DNA from: Oscillochloridaceae bacterium umkhey_bin13
Lineage (GTDB): Bacteria; Chloroflexota; Chloroflexia; Chloroflexales; Chloroflexaceae
Length of the DNA: 41,216 bases
Reading direction: 5' to 3'
NCBI GenBank assembly: GCA_048381555.1
Contig: JBLWKA010000033.1
Location: 1-41,216 of the forward strand
Shown here: one piece after another, positions 17,813-25,975 of the stretch
Position numbering within the stretch: position 1 is the first letter of the stretch
How the letters are laid out: each line of letters begins with the position of its first letter
Made by a program: the position numbers and the translations under genes
Notes under the pieces: model-generated
Told to the model about the DNA's origin: nothing
Database searches by the model: none
What the model saw: the letters and a program-made list of their open reading frames with translations, nothing else

Positions 17813-18400
17813 GCCAATCTGGTTATGGGACGCTCCATCCAAAAAGGCCGACTCGAAAATATCACGCGGAATGGTGCTGATATAGTTGTAGAGCAGGTAG
17901 GTCGCCAGGGGCAGGCCAAAGCCGGTATGGGCCAGCCAGACCCCCAGGTAGGTACCACCTAAGCCCAGCCGCAGGTAGTCACGCAGCATCGGCACGAGCG
18001 AGATCTGCAAGGGCACGACGAGCAACGCGACTACAATAATAAATAAGACTCGTCGGCCCAGAAAACTGATCCAGGCGAAGCCATAGGCGGCAAAGGCGGC
18101 AATCAGGATCGGAATGATCGTCGCAGGCAAGGCAATAATGATCGTATTGATCACCGCCCGACCCATATCGTAGCGGCTACTGCCTGTGCCGGTTTCGCCT
18201 TCGAGGGGCATCCCCAGCAACAGGCGATAGTTATTGGTCGTAAAACGGGCCTCACTCGGATTGGTAACAACACTCCACCAGCCACTGGTCTTGACATCGT
18301 CACCGGGCCGAAACGAACTGACGAGCAAGCCAACCGTGGGAATGATCCACACGGTCGTAACCGCAAGCATGACCAGATAGACTGCAATCTTGCCCAAGGG
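17813..18400 (-). pseudogene. Carbohydrate ABC transporter permease (MalG/UgpE-like), truncated just after the EAA loop and fused in-frame to the GH32 remnant
   Basis: MalG-like N-terminus (KIAVYLVMLAVTTVWIIPTVGLLVSSFRP...NNYRLL) and an EAA loop (ESAFLDGAS). This runs directly into the GH32 WGHA motif, so no C-terminal TM helices remain. Confidence 0.65.
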
Positions 18401-18818
18401 CAAAGGCGAAGATATAGTTCGCCAAGCCGACAAAGTTCTGGCCGCGGGCATCATAAAAACTGGCAATAAAGGAGCGAATCGTGGGCAAGACCAGATACCA
18501 GGTCAGGATGGCCAGGGCTGGCCCAACAAACACATACGGGGTCAAGCGCCGCCGCCAGCAATGGGGAAGCTGCTCGACCAAATAGTTCGAAATCGCAAAC
18601 AGCATCCAGACCCCACCCACTCCCCAGATGACCGCAATGATCGCCGTGATCCAGAGCGGGATGCGGGTATCACGCAGGAACAAAAAGCCCTGCCAAAGCA
18701 CAATAAACGTCACCAACGGGACAAAGACCGAGATCAGAATCCGTCCAACGAGGCTCGATAGCCAGCCCCCTACCCCTGTAGGTTGCCCCGTCGCCGAGGT
18801 TGACTCCGCCTGTTGCAT
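18380..18818 (-). pseudogene. Carbohydrate ABC transporter permease (MalF/UgpA-like), N-terminal ~140 aa only
   Basis: ...LVLPTIRSFIASFYDARGQNFVGLANYI then runs into the start of the second permease in another frame. There is no EAA loop. Confidence 0.6.
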
Positions 18819-18870
18819 GCATGATCCTCCTTGATCGAAAGGACGGTGGTGTACACGTCAGATCGCTTTC

Positions 18871-18928
18871 GTAGGGAGGCAGCGTGCTGCGTCCCTACGC
18901 CCGTAGCTGCGTCCCTACGCCCGTAGCT
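18871..18928. repeat. GTAGGG...CCCTAC hairpin (GTAGGGAGGCAGCGTGCTGCGTCCCTAC) followed by two tandem copies of a 20-bp unit (GCGTCCCTACGCCCGTAGCT)
   Basis: Read directly. It lies immediately downstream of the truncated binding-protein gene. Confidence 0.8.
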
Positions 18929-18984
18929 GTGCAAAGGGTTAGGGCATTACGGTGCGGCGCGATCAATATCCTCAAGCGCCCCAG

Positions 18985-19809
18985 TCAGAAGTTGGTCAGC
19001 ACGATGGACTGCTGACCACCATAGACCGCTGCCGGATCGAGCCAGATCTCACCCAGCGTCTCGAAGGCACCGGTCACTTCGGGTGAGCTAAACTTCACTG
19101 TGCCCGCAATCCAATCGTCATAGACACTGGTAGGCTGGGTGCGCAGCATGATATTCTCGATCCAGTCGGTGCCCTTCCAGCCGGTAGCGGCACCCGACTC
19201 GATCCCCTCACACCAGGGCGCAATCCCCGAAGCCTTCATCTCCTCAGTGAGGGCCATCAGTTCATCCCAAGTGCTGGGAATGCTGTAGCCCGCTGCTTCG
19301 AAGGCAGGCTTGTTATACCAGATGAAGCCCTTCGCGTTCACCCGATGGAACATACCATAGGGCGTGCCACCAAAGGTGCCGAGTTCGCGCCAGAACGGGG
19401 CGTAGTTCTCGTCAAACTTGGCCAGTGCTTCGGGCCAGAGCGAAGCAAGTTCGCCATCACCAGCGAGGCGAGCGGCACCACCGGGCTGGGGGAAGGCGGC
19501 AATGTCGGGGGTGTCACCAGCCTGCACCTTGACGATGATCTGGGTATCAAAGTCATTCACACCGGTATAGACCACATTGATGCCCGGGTTGGCAGCCTCG
19601 AAGACGGCAATCACCTGTTCAAAGGCGTCGGCTTCAACCCCGGTAAACGGGCCAAGAATGTCAACCCGCCCGGTGTCACCGGAACCGCCACCCGTTGCAG
19701 GCGGAGTCGTAGGAGTCTGAGCTGTTCCGCCACCACAAGCGGCCAGAACCAGGCTTGCCATGATCAAAAGACTGAGCGCAAATCCCTTCAAACGCATTGT
19801 TCTGCTCAT
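18985..19809 (-). CDS. ABC transporter solute-binding lipoprotein (family 1, sugar type), probably C-terminally truncated
   Basis: Lipoprotein signal (MRLKGFALSLLIMASLVLAAC) and the family-1 N-lobe pattern. It is about 275 aa, against roughly 420 aa typical for this family, and the downstream 160 bp is repeat sequence. The start codon is ambiguous (ATG at 19821, 19809 or 19797). Confidence 0.55.
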   Translation of the reverse strand: MSRTMRLKGFALSLLIMASLVLAACGGGTAQTPTTPPATGGGSGDTGRVDILGPFTGVEADAFEQVIAVFEAANPGINVVYTGVNDFDTQIIVKVQAGDTPDIAAFPQPGGAARLAGDGELASLWPEALAKFDENYAPFWRELGTFGGTPYGMFHRVNAKGFIWYNKPAFEAAGYSIPSTWDELMALTEEMKASGIAPWCEGIESGAATGWKGTDWIENIMLRTQPTSVYDDWIAGTVKFSSPEVTGAFETLGEIWLDPAAVYGGQQSIVLTNF

Positions 19810-20119
19810 TCTAACAGTCATTGTCACGAAGACCAACTCAGAACATGAGTTTCGAAATACGGGCAACCTCCTCTCTGTTACAATACGGTAGCCCAATGCT
19901 ATACCAACAACCCTACTCGAAGCGTACAACAAGCCAGGCCACGTACACGTACGGGCTGACTCGGGGCCTGAATCGTGGCCGATTCAAGGCTAGTGTGGCA
20001 GGAACGAGAAGTGGGAGGGGTAACTGGTGGACCGAGAAATGGGGCGGGCTACCAAAATATTCCAATCAAGTATGACACAAGTTCGGAATTAAACTACGGA
20101 ACACATGGGCGAATTCACC

Positions 20120-20647
20120 TTAGCCTTCCGTCAAAAACCAGCCACGCCCGACCTGGATCGTCGGCAAGCCACCACTGGTTTGACCGATCACGTCAGTCAG
20201 GCCAGCGGTACGGGTGCGCAGGATCATGCCTTCGGCATCAAGAAAGTTCAGGGTCAATAGGCCATCCACGACCCGCACGAGGGCCCGTCCTTCGCCTTGG
20301 CGGATCACCTCGGTACCGCTAAAACTGAGTTCGAGCGTGGCCCGGCTGCCAACCGCAGGGTTCACGGCACTCGCGGCAAAGCCCGCTAGCATCTCGCCCA
20401 TTACAAGGCGCTGGTCGCTGCGTTCGCTGGGGGCAAAATGGCTGGCAAGCCGTTCGGCCCAGGCGCGGCGGGCACCCTGATCAGCCAGACTCGGGTCACG
20501 CAGGGCCTGGTTCAGATCTTCGAGAAAGTTTTCGACCACATCATTCGGGGTCGAGCCGCCCGCCCCAACCAGATCCTGAGCACTCGGTTCGGCGGCACAG
20601 GCACTCAGGGCAAAGCTGAGGACAAGCAGCCAGAGCAGGCGTTTCAT
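20120..20647 (-). CDS. Lipoprotein of unknown function
   Basis: Signal peptide plus lipobox (LVLSFALSACAA). Its ATG overlaps the stop of the upstream PP2C-like gene (ATGA). Confidence 0.55.
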   Translation of the reverse strand: MKRLLWLLVLSFALSACAAEPSAQDLVGAGGSTPNDVVENFLEDLNQALRDPSLADQGARRAWAERLASHFAPSERSDQRLVMGEMLAGFAASAVNPAVGSRATLELSFSGTEVIRQGEGRALVRVVDGLLTLNFLDAEGMILRTRTAGLTDVIGQTSGGLPTIQVGRGWFLTEG

Positions 20648-23241
20648 GAGGCCGGCTCATCTACGAGTTCGCGGAAGGGGCGCGGCGGGGCGGGCAGTTC
20701 CGCCCGAATCAACTGGTTGCCATTGACCAGATACAGGATGGGACGGGCGCCAGCCGCATCCACAAACAGGCTGGCCAACTCGCTCAGCCGCAACTCACCG
20801 TTGGGGCGCAGTTTGATCTGCTGGATCACCGTACCACTGACTTTTTCCATCTGGATAATGCGCTCATTCAGCGTATCTACCAGAAAGAAGTGTCCATCAT
20901 CGGGGCCAGTGCCGGTCACAAAGAAGCCCTTGATCAACGAAATTGGCGGCGTGATCGCCTCGGGCACCACTTCGCCCACCGGCTGCCCCTGACTAAAGAC
21001 CAGCACCGTGCCATTCGAACGCAGCATGTAGATACTGCCGTCCACGCTCATATCCACCACCGTGCTCAGTTCGAGTTCGCGGATAGCGACAGGATCAAGC
21101 CAGTAGTCAGGCGCATCGCCGTAGCTCCCCGAGCGATAGCGCAGCACTTCGCCGGGCACGGCCCCCCAGACATACAGGTTGCCGCCATACTCTTCAACAT
21201 CAATCCGATCACGCAGGTTCCAGATCTCACTCGCCCCTAGCTTCGAATAGTTCCAATTGTCGCCCACCCGAAAATAGTAGCCAAAGCCACCGGGCGATTG
21301 ATCAAGCGCCACAACCTGGTCAATCCGCCAGAGCGCCGCCTGAATCGGGCCGACCACTGCCGTCCCGACGCCCTGACCGGGACTCAGGTGGGGCTGAGGC
21401 GCACCGCCATCTTTGGGAATGCGATAGAGGCGGGCATTCTGCGGATCAGAGTCGACCGCATAGAGGTACCGCAGCCGCTCAATGACGGCGGTATCGGTGA
21501 CATTGGCGAGCGCGGGCGGCACAATCACACTGGTAAAACGCCCCGTGGGCAAGGGATGGGTGGCGATCAGGGTAGGACTATCCAAGAAGGTCAGGCGTTG
21601 CACCGCCGCCAGGGCCCGCTCGTACTCACGTTGCAACTCCTGATAACGCAACCAGAGCACCGGGTTGGTATCGGTAACCAGCGGACTGGCCCGCACTTCG
21701 TCAATCGCCTGGCGCGCCAGTTCGAGGGCATCGAGGGTGGCAATTTCATCGGGGGACTGGCGCACCGCTGCCAGCCGTTCGGTCGCGGCGGCAAAATATT
21801 CAAGGGTAATCTGCTGATCATTCTGGCGGGTCAGGGTCATGCCGTAGAAGATCAGGGCACCCACCACCATCATCAGGCCCAAGAGCAGCGTCCAGGGAAA
21901 GGGCGGGCGAGTACGGCGATACGACAGCCCCTGACCCCGAATAATCGGATGGGGATCGGTGCTCGGTCGCCGATTACGGTGTTTGCGGGTGCGGTCTTCA
22001 AGCGCAATCCGCGCCCGCCGAAAGGGCAAACTCATGCGCTCGCCCCACGACATATCAACGAGCGGACGCTCCTCGAAGCGCGGGCGATAGGGGCGGGCCT
22101 GCACCACCGGTGGCTCCTGCGCCAGATCAATCCGGCGGATGCGCATCCCAGGCAGGCTGCCCTCACCAAGATAGGTCGAGGGTGGCAGATTTTCCAGGCG
22201 CAGCGGGGCCGTACTGGCCTTGCTTTGACGCAGATCGGTATACTGTTCACTCAGACTGGCCCCAACTTCGAGCGGAGCCGGGCGGCTAATCGGCTGCGTC
22301 GAATAGGGCTGCGCGGGCGGCATGGTATGGAGCGGATCGGGGCGCGTCGACGCAGCGGCCTCGGCCTGGCGATGCTCACGGCGGCGACCCAGGCGGGCCG
22401 CCTCGCCGATCAGGCCACCCAGCCAATCACCGAGCGAGCGGGCGGCCAGGCGACCGCGTTCGCCAACCCCAGTCGGACTGAGTGGAGTAGTACGGGCGGC
22501 CTCGCTCAGGGCGGGGCTTTGCATGATCACGAGGGCCTGGGTATCACTCAGCCCGTGGGTCTCGGCGAGGTTGCGCAACTGCTCGACCGCTGCCTGGGGA
22601 TCGGCCAAGCGCAGCAGGGTTTCGACCTCCGCCCGTCCAAGCATCTGGGCCAGGTTGCCCGCGCAGATCAGGGCCGCATCACCCAGCCCAAGCGCACAGC
22701 GAAACAGTTCTGGCTCGATAAACAGACTAGCCCCCAGCGCTCCAGCGCGGGTAAACGGGGCCACACTAACATGGGCCGGATCCCAGGAGGGATGGGTGGG
22801 CAGGGCCCGCAGGCGGCCCGCACTCAGCACATAGACCTGAGCGGGTTGAACCTGAGCGATATACAGTTCGCCATCACGCAAGACCACACACGACAGGCCA
22901 ACGAAAGCCCGCTGGGCCGCCGACTGCTTAAAATTATGTTCGTAGAGCGCCTTATTGGCAGCGCGGAGCGCCCCGCGCAAGGCAGCGGTGATACTGAACG
23001 AACTATCTTCATAAAAAGCCCGTTGGGCCGCTTTGCTCACCAGTTGGCAGGCAGCGGTTCCACGGGGCACCGGCGCGGCCAGATCAGCCAACAGAAACAG
23101 GCGGCCTTTCCGGGCATCAGGCGTGAAGGCCGAACCCGGTTCAACCACCGTGATCAGATCGCTCGTGTCTTGCTTGATCCCACCCACCAGCCCGAACTGG
23201 CTGATCCGTGTCGCCACTCGCTCCATGACATCCGCTTCCAT
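20644..23241 (-). CDS. Single-pass membrane protein with an N-terminal PP2C-like domain (degenerate in the metal-binding motifs), a proline-rich linker, and a ~390-aa extracytoplasmic domain
   Basis: A PP2C-like scaffold is recognisable, but the canonical metal-binding Asp/Gly motifs appear replaced: LFLLADLAAP for lf.vaDGmGG, VYVLSAGR for vGDSR, and ICAGNL for cSDGL. There is one TM helix (WTLLLGLMMVVGALIFYGMTL). A TTGCAT-15nt-TATAAT promoter-like sequence lies upstream at about 23262-23285 on the minus strand. Confidence 0.5.
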   Translation of the reverse strand: MEADVMERVATRISQFGLVGGIKQDTSDLITVVEPGSAFTPDARKGRLFLLADLAAPVPRGTAACQLVSKAAQRAFYEDSSFSITAALRGALRAANKALYEHNFKQSAAQRAFVGLSCVVLRDGELYIAQVQPAQVYVLSAGRLRALPTHPSWDPAHVSVAPFTRAGALGASLFIEPELFRCALGLGDAALICAGNLAQMLGRAEVETLLRLADPQAAVEQLRNLAETHGLSDTQALVIMQSPALSEAARTTPLSPTGVGERGRLAARSLGDWLGGLIGEAARLGRRREHRQAEAAASTRPDPLHTMPPAQPYSTQPISRPAPLEVGASLSEQYTDLRQSKASTAPLRLENLPPSTYLGEGSLPGMRIRRIDLAQEPPVVQARPYRPRFEERPLVDMSWGERMSLPFRRARIALEDRTRKHRNRRPSTDPHPIIRGQGLSYRRTRPPFPWTLLLGLMMVVGALIFYGMTLTRQNDQQITLEYFAAATERLAAVRQSPDEIATLDALELARQAIDEVRASPLVTDTNPVLWLRYQELQREYERALAAVQRLTFLDSPTLIATHPLPTGRFTSVIVPPALANVTDTAVIERLRYLYAVDSDPQNARLYRIPKDGGAPQPHLSPGQGVGTAVVGPIQAALWRIDQVVALDQSPGGFGYYFRVGDNWNYSKLGASEIWNLRDRIDVEEYGGNLYVWGAVPGEVLRYRSGSYGDAPDYWLDPVAIRELELSTVVDMSVDGSIYMLRSNGTVLVFSQGQPVGEVVPEAITPPISLIKGFFVTGTGPDDGHFFLVDTLNERIIQMEKVSGTVIQQIKLRPNGELRLSELASLFVDAAGARPILYLVNGNQLIRAELPAPPRPFRELVDEPAS

Positions 23242-23429
23242 CGCGTCCTACATGCAAAGCCGTCACGAGATTATAGCATAGGCTGTCTGGATGCAACGGG
23301 TAGCGGCGCAAGCGCCGCTACCCGTTGGGGATTTTCAGGGAGAACCAAGTTCTCCCTGGCCCTCTTCCCAGGAGCATCTGGTAACCGTCCCGATATTCAG
23401 GCTGGTAGCCCGCCGTGGTCTGGGGCACC

Positions 23430-23620
23430 CGTCGCTCGCATCCGGGGCCTGTCGCCCGTGCCCGTCGCCCGTGCCCGTCGTGCCCGTCGCCCGTGCCCGT
23501 CGCCCGTGCCCGCATCCGGGGCCTGTCGCCCGTGCCCGCATCCGGGGCCCGGGACCGTCGTCCGTAGGGGCGACCCGCGTGGTAACCCGGGGCAGCCACA
23601 CGGGCTGCCCCTACGGATCC
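23430..23620. repeat. GC-rich tandem and palindromic repeats: CGCCCGTGCCCGT units, GCATCCGGGGCCTGTCGCCCGTGCCC in two copies, and the hairpin GTAGGGGCGACCCGCGTGG...GGGGCAGCCACACGGGCTGCCCCTAC
   Basis: Read directly. It shares modules with the elements at 24395-24582 and 41059-41109. Confidence 0.75.
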
Positions 23621-23751
23621 GCACCGTTCGCCATCATGCAAGAGGTTACATCACACCCCGGCGCATCATCGGCCACCCGCAAACCTCATGCTGCACGCGG
23701 CGGGGGCACGGGGGTACATGGTACCCCCGAATCCCCCATTTAGGGGCTCCC

Positions 23752-24192
23752 CTAAATGTAATACATCACATCCTGCGCCCGCTGGCGTTTCTGCTGGCAC
23801 AGATCATCAAGGGTTGTCGCAGCCAGGATGCTTTCGAACTGGCGACGCAAACTGGCCCAGAGCCCATCAACTAATTCACGATCCTCAGGAACAGTTGGCG
23901 TTTGCCCTTCGCGGGCAGGCTCGTCGGGCAGCAAAGGACCTTCGAGCGCGATCAGGGCTTCCAGAAGCGTGATTTGCTCGGGGGGACGGGCCAGCAAATG
24001 GCCACCCTGTGGCCCGCGCAGACTCTCGATCAAGCCCGCCCGCCGCATCGTGATCAGTAACTGGTTCAAGTAGTTGACGGGAATACCCTGGCGTTTGGCG
24101 ATCTCGTCGCTCTGCACGGGACCCTGCCCAAAACGTTGGGCAAGGTCAAACAATGCACGCAAGCCATAGTCACCCTTGCTCGAAATCCTCAC
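23752..24192 (-). CDS. Rrf2-family transcriptional regulator (CymR/IscR/NsrR family). Only one Cys is present, so it probably does not bind an Fe-S cluster.
   Basis: N-terminal wHTH (MRISSKGDYGLRALFDLAQ...). It lacks the three-Cys cluster of IscR/NsrR. GTG start. Confidence 0.7.
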   Translation of the reverse strand: MRISSKGDYGLRALFDLAQRFGQGPVQSDEIAKRQGIPVNYLNQLLITMRRAGLIESLRGPQGGHLLARPPEQITLLEALIALEGPLLPDEPAREGQTPTVPEDRELVDGLWASLRRQFESILAATTLDDLCQQKRQRAQDVMYYI

Positions 24193-24394
24193 GCTGACCC
24201 CTATGTATGCTATGCGTCTGGAATGATAGTTCTATTGTAGCATAGTAGCCCCTGCGGGAACGGCGCTGTGCGCGTTCCCGCAGGGATCTTGCACTTGTTC
24301 GCCTCTGGCGGTAGGGTTTGGGGTAGCAACACCACCCCAAACCCGGTTTGTGTACGGTGTGGCGTACCATCGATCGATACCACTAGCGAATGAT

Positions 24395-24582
24395 GGCGGG
24401 CACGGTGCGGATCGGGCACGGTGCGGATCGGGCACGGTGCGGATCGGCGTGGTCGCCCGGGGCAGCCACACGAGCTGCCCCTACGCGGAATCGACCCGTC
24501 GCCGGGGCACACCGGGCCGTCACCCGGACACGCCGGCCCGCCCCGGATGCCTTCGTAGGGACGCAGCACACTGCGTCCCTAC
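24395..24582. repeat. GGGCACGGTGCGGATC in three tandem copies, then the GGGGCAGCCACACGAGCTGCCCCTAC hairpin, then the perfect palindrome GTAGGGACGCAG-CACA-CTGCGTCCCTAC
   Basis: Read directly. It is in inverted orientation relative to the repeats at 23430-23620, so together they bracket the Rrf2 gene. Confidence 0.75.
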
Positions 24583-24592
24583 AATCCAAACA

Positions 24593-25411
24593 CTAGGCCG
24601 AGCCATGGGTCAGCAAGAAGGCCAAGGGTTCGTGCAAACGGGCACGCCAGGCCGCTTCGTTGTGGTCGGCCCCCACAAAGCTCAAACTGAGCCAATCGTG
24701 GCCGGGTTGGTAGCCCGCCGCGTGCAGATGGGCATCCATCCGCTGCTGCAACAGTTCGTACGCGGCATCGAGACCGAGCGAGCCATAATCGAAGTAGAGC
24801 CGATGGGCACCTGCGGGGGGCAGTAGCGCAGCCATAGCATCCACCAACACCGCCCCGCCCGCAGACCAGTGCGTCGAAAGGCAGGCCGCACCACCAAAAA
24901 CACTCGGATACTCACACAGACCATAGAACGAGATCAGGCCACCCATGCTCGATCCCATCAAGAAGGTATGCTCACGCTCAGGCAGGGTGCGATAGGTTGC
25001 ATCAACTTGTGGCTTCAACTCCTCGACCAGATAGCGGAGATACTGATCCGACACCGGCGTGCCATGCTCAGCCACAAAGCGTTCGGCCAGTTCGTGGGCG
25101 GCCGGATGCAACAGTGGCCGGGCGGGCATATACTCTTGCCAACGCTGCGGCGGGTGCCAGACCCCGACCACAATCGCCCCAGCTATACCATAGGCCGCAC
25201 AAACCTGTTCCATGGCGGCCGCCACACCCCAATGCCCCCAGCCATTAGCAGCCCCGGGCGGAAACAGATTCTGGCCGTCCTGGGCATAGATCACCGGCAT
25301 ACGCAGGTTTGGGTCAGCGGCATAACTCGGCGGACACCAGACCTCGACGTGGCGCGGGCCAACCCCGGATGGTGCCCACTCACTGTGGCGGTGAAGCATT
25401 GCCTGTACCAA
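24593..25411 (-). CDS. Putative esterase (alpha/beta hydrolase, esterase-D/enterochelin-esterase type)
   Basis: GxSxG nucleophile elbow (LMGSSMGGLIS) and the family size. Confidence 0.65.
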   Translation of the reverse strand: MVQAMLHRHSEWAPSGVGPRHVEVWCPPSYAADPNLRMPVIYAQDGQNLFPPGAANGWGHWGVAAAMEQVCAAYGIAGAIVVGVWHPPQRWQEYMPARPLLHPAAHELAERFVAEHGTPVSDQYLRYLVEELKPQVDATYRTLPEREHTFLMGSSMGGLISFYGLCEYPSVFGGAACLSTHWSAGGAVLVDAMAALLPPAGAHRLYFDYGSLGLDAAYELLQQRMDAHLHAAGYQPGHDWLSLSFVGADHNEAAWRARLHEPLAFLLTHGSA

Positions 25412-25413
25412 GC

Positions 25414-25902
25414 TTAAAGCACCTTATCGTCTTTGCCAGCAGCCTGACGCATGATCTCAGTCTGACCGGTGTGGTAGGTTTCATGGAAATAGAGAAAGAG
25501 CAGCCACTCGGCTACCGACATTGAACGCCGCCCAAAGAGCGCGACCTGACGTTCAAGCTCGTTCGGCGTAAGCGTACTCAAGATCGTTTCAAGGTGCGCT
25601 TGGGACTGTTCAAACGTAGCGAGCAGTTGCTCAAGCGGCAATACGCCAGGCTCATCGGATATGATCGGCTCCGTCTCTCGATCATAACGGATAACTGCGT
25701 CAGGATCGAGGATCGGCTCGGCACCAAGCAGATTGAAAATCAGATTGCGATTCACAATCAGGTGGCCGAGAATCCAATTCATGCAGTTCGCACGAAAAGG
25801 CAACTGCACCAGACTATCGCCATGGCTCAGGCCCGCAGTCTGCTGCTTAATAATCCAAAGGTTGCGGCTAAAACAACTGGCCAGATATGCAGGTGTAATC
25901 AT
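25414..25902 (-). CDS. DinB/YfiT-like (DinB_2) metal-dependent protein
   Basis: HLIVNR and FHETYHTGQ histidine motifs. Its stop abuts the esterase start. Confidence 0.55.
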   Translation of the reverse strand: MITPAYLASCFSRNLWIIKQQTAGLSHGDSLVQLPFRANCMNWILGHLIVNRNLIFNLLGAEPILDPDAVIRYDRETEPIISDEPGVLPLEQLLATFEQSQAHLETILSTLTPNELERQVALFGRRSMSVAEWLLFLYFHETYHTGQTEIMRQAAGKDDKVL

Positions 25903-25933
25903 TGACGTGCTCCGTTGCAACATGGGCTTCCTA

Positions 25934-25975
25934 GGTTAGCAGGGGCGTGGGCTTTGTCCCACGCCCCTGCTAACC
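25934..25975 (-). terminator. Perfect 18-bp stem with a 6-nt loop (GGTTAGCAGGGGCGTGGG-CTTTGT-CCCACGCCCCTGCTAACC) ending exactly at the moeZ stop codon. No U-tract.
   Basis: Read directly. Its position at the 3' end of the last gene of the cys operon suggests a terminator or mRNA-stabilising hairpin. Confidence 0.5.

Noticed and set aside
21298-23874. 858-aa + strand ORF antisense to the PP2C-like membrane protein gene
   Set aside because: The translation is Arg/Gly/Pro-rich and low in complexity with no domain pattern. The opposite strand has a coherent domain architecture, a promoter and a translationally coupled downstream gene.
23752-24192. Considered calling the Rrf2 protein IscR, the Fe-S cluster regulator of the nearby suf operon
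   Set aside because: It has only one cysteine and lacks the three-Cys ligand set of IscR/NsrR. The suf operon has its own SufR. It is kept as a generic Rrf2/CymR-like regulator.
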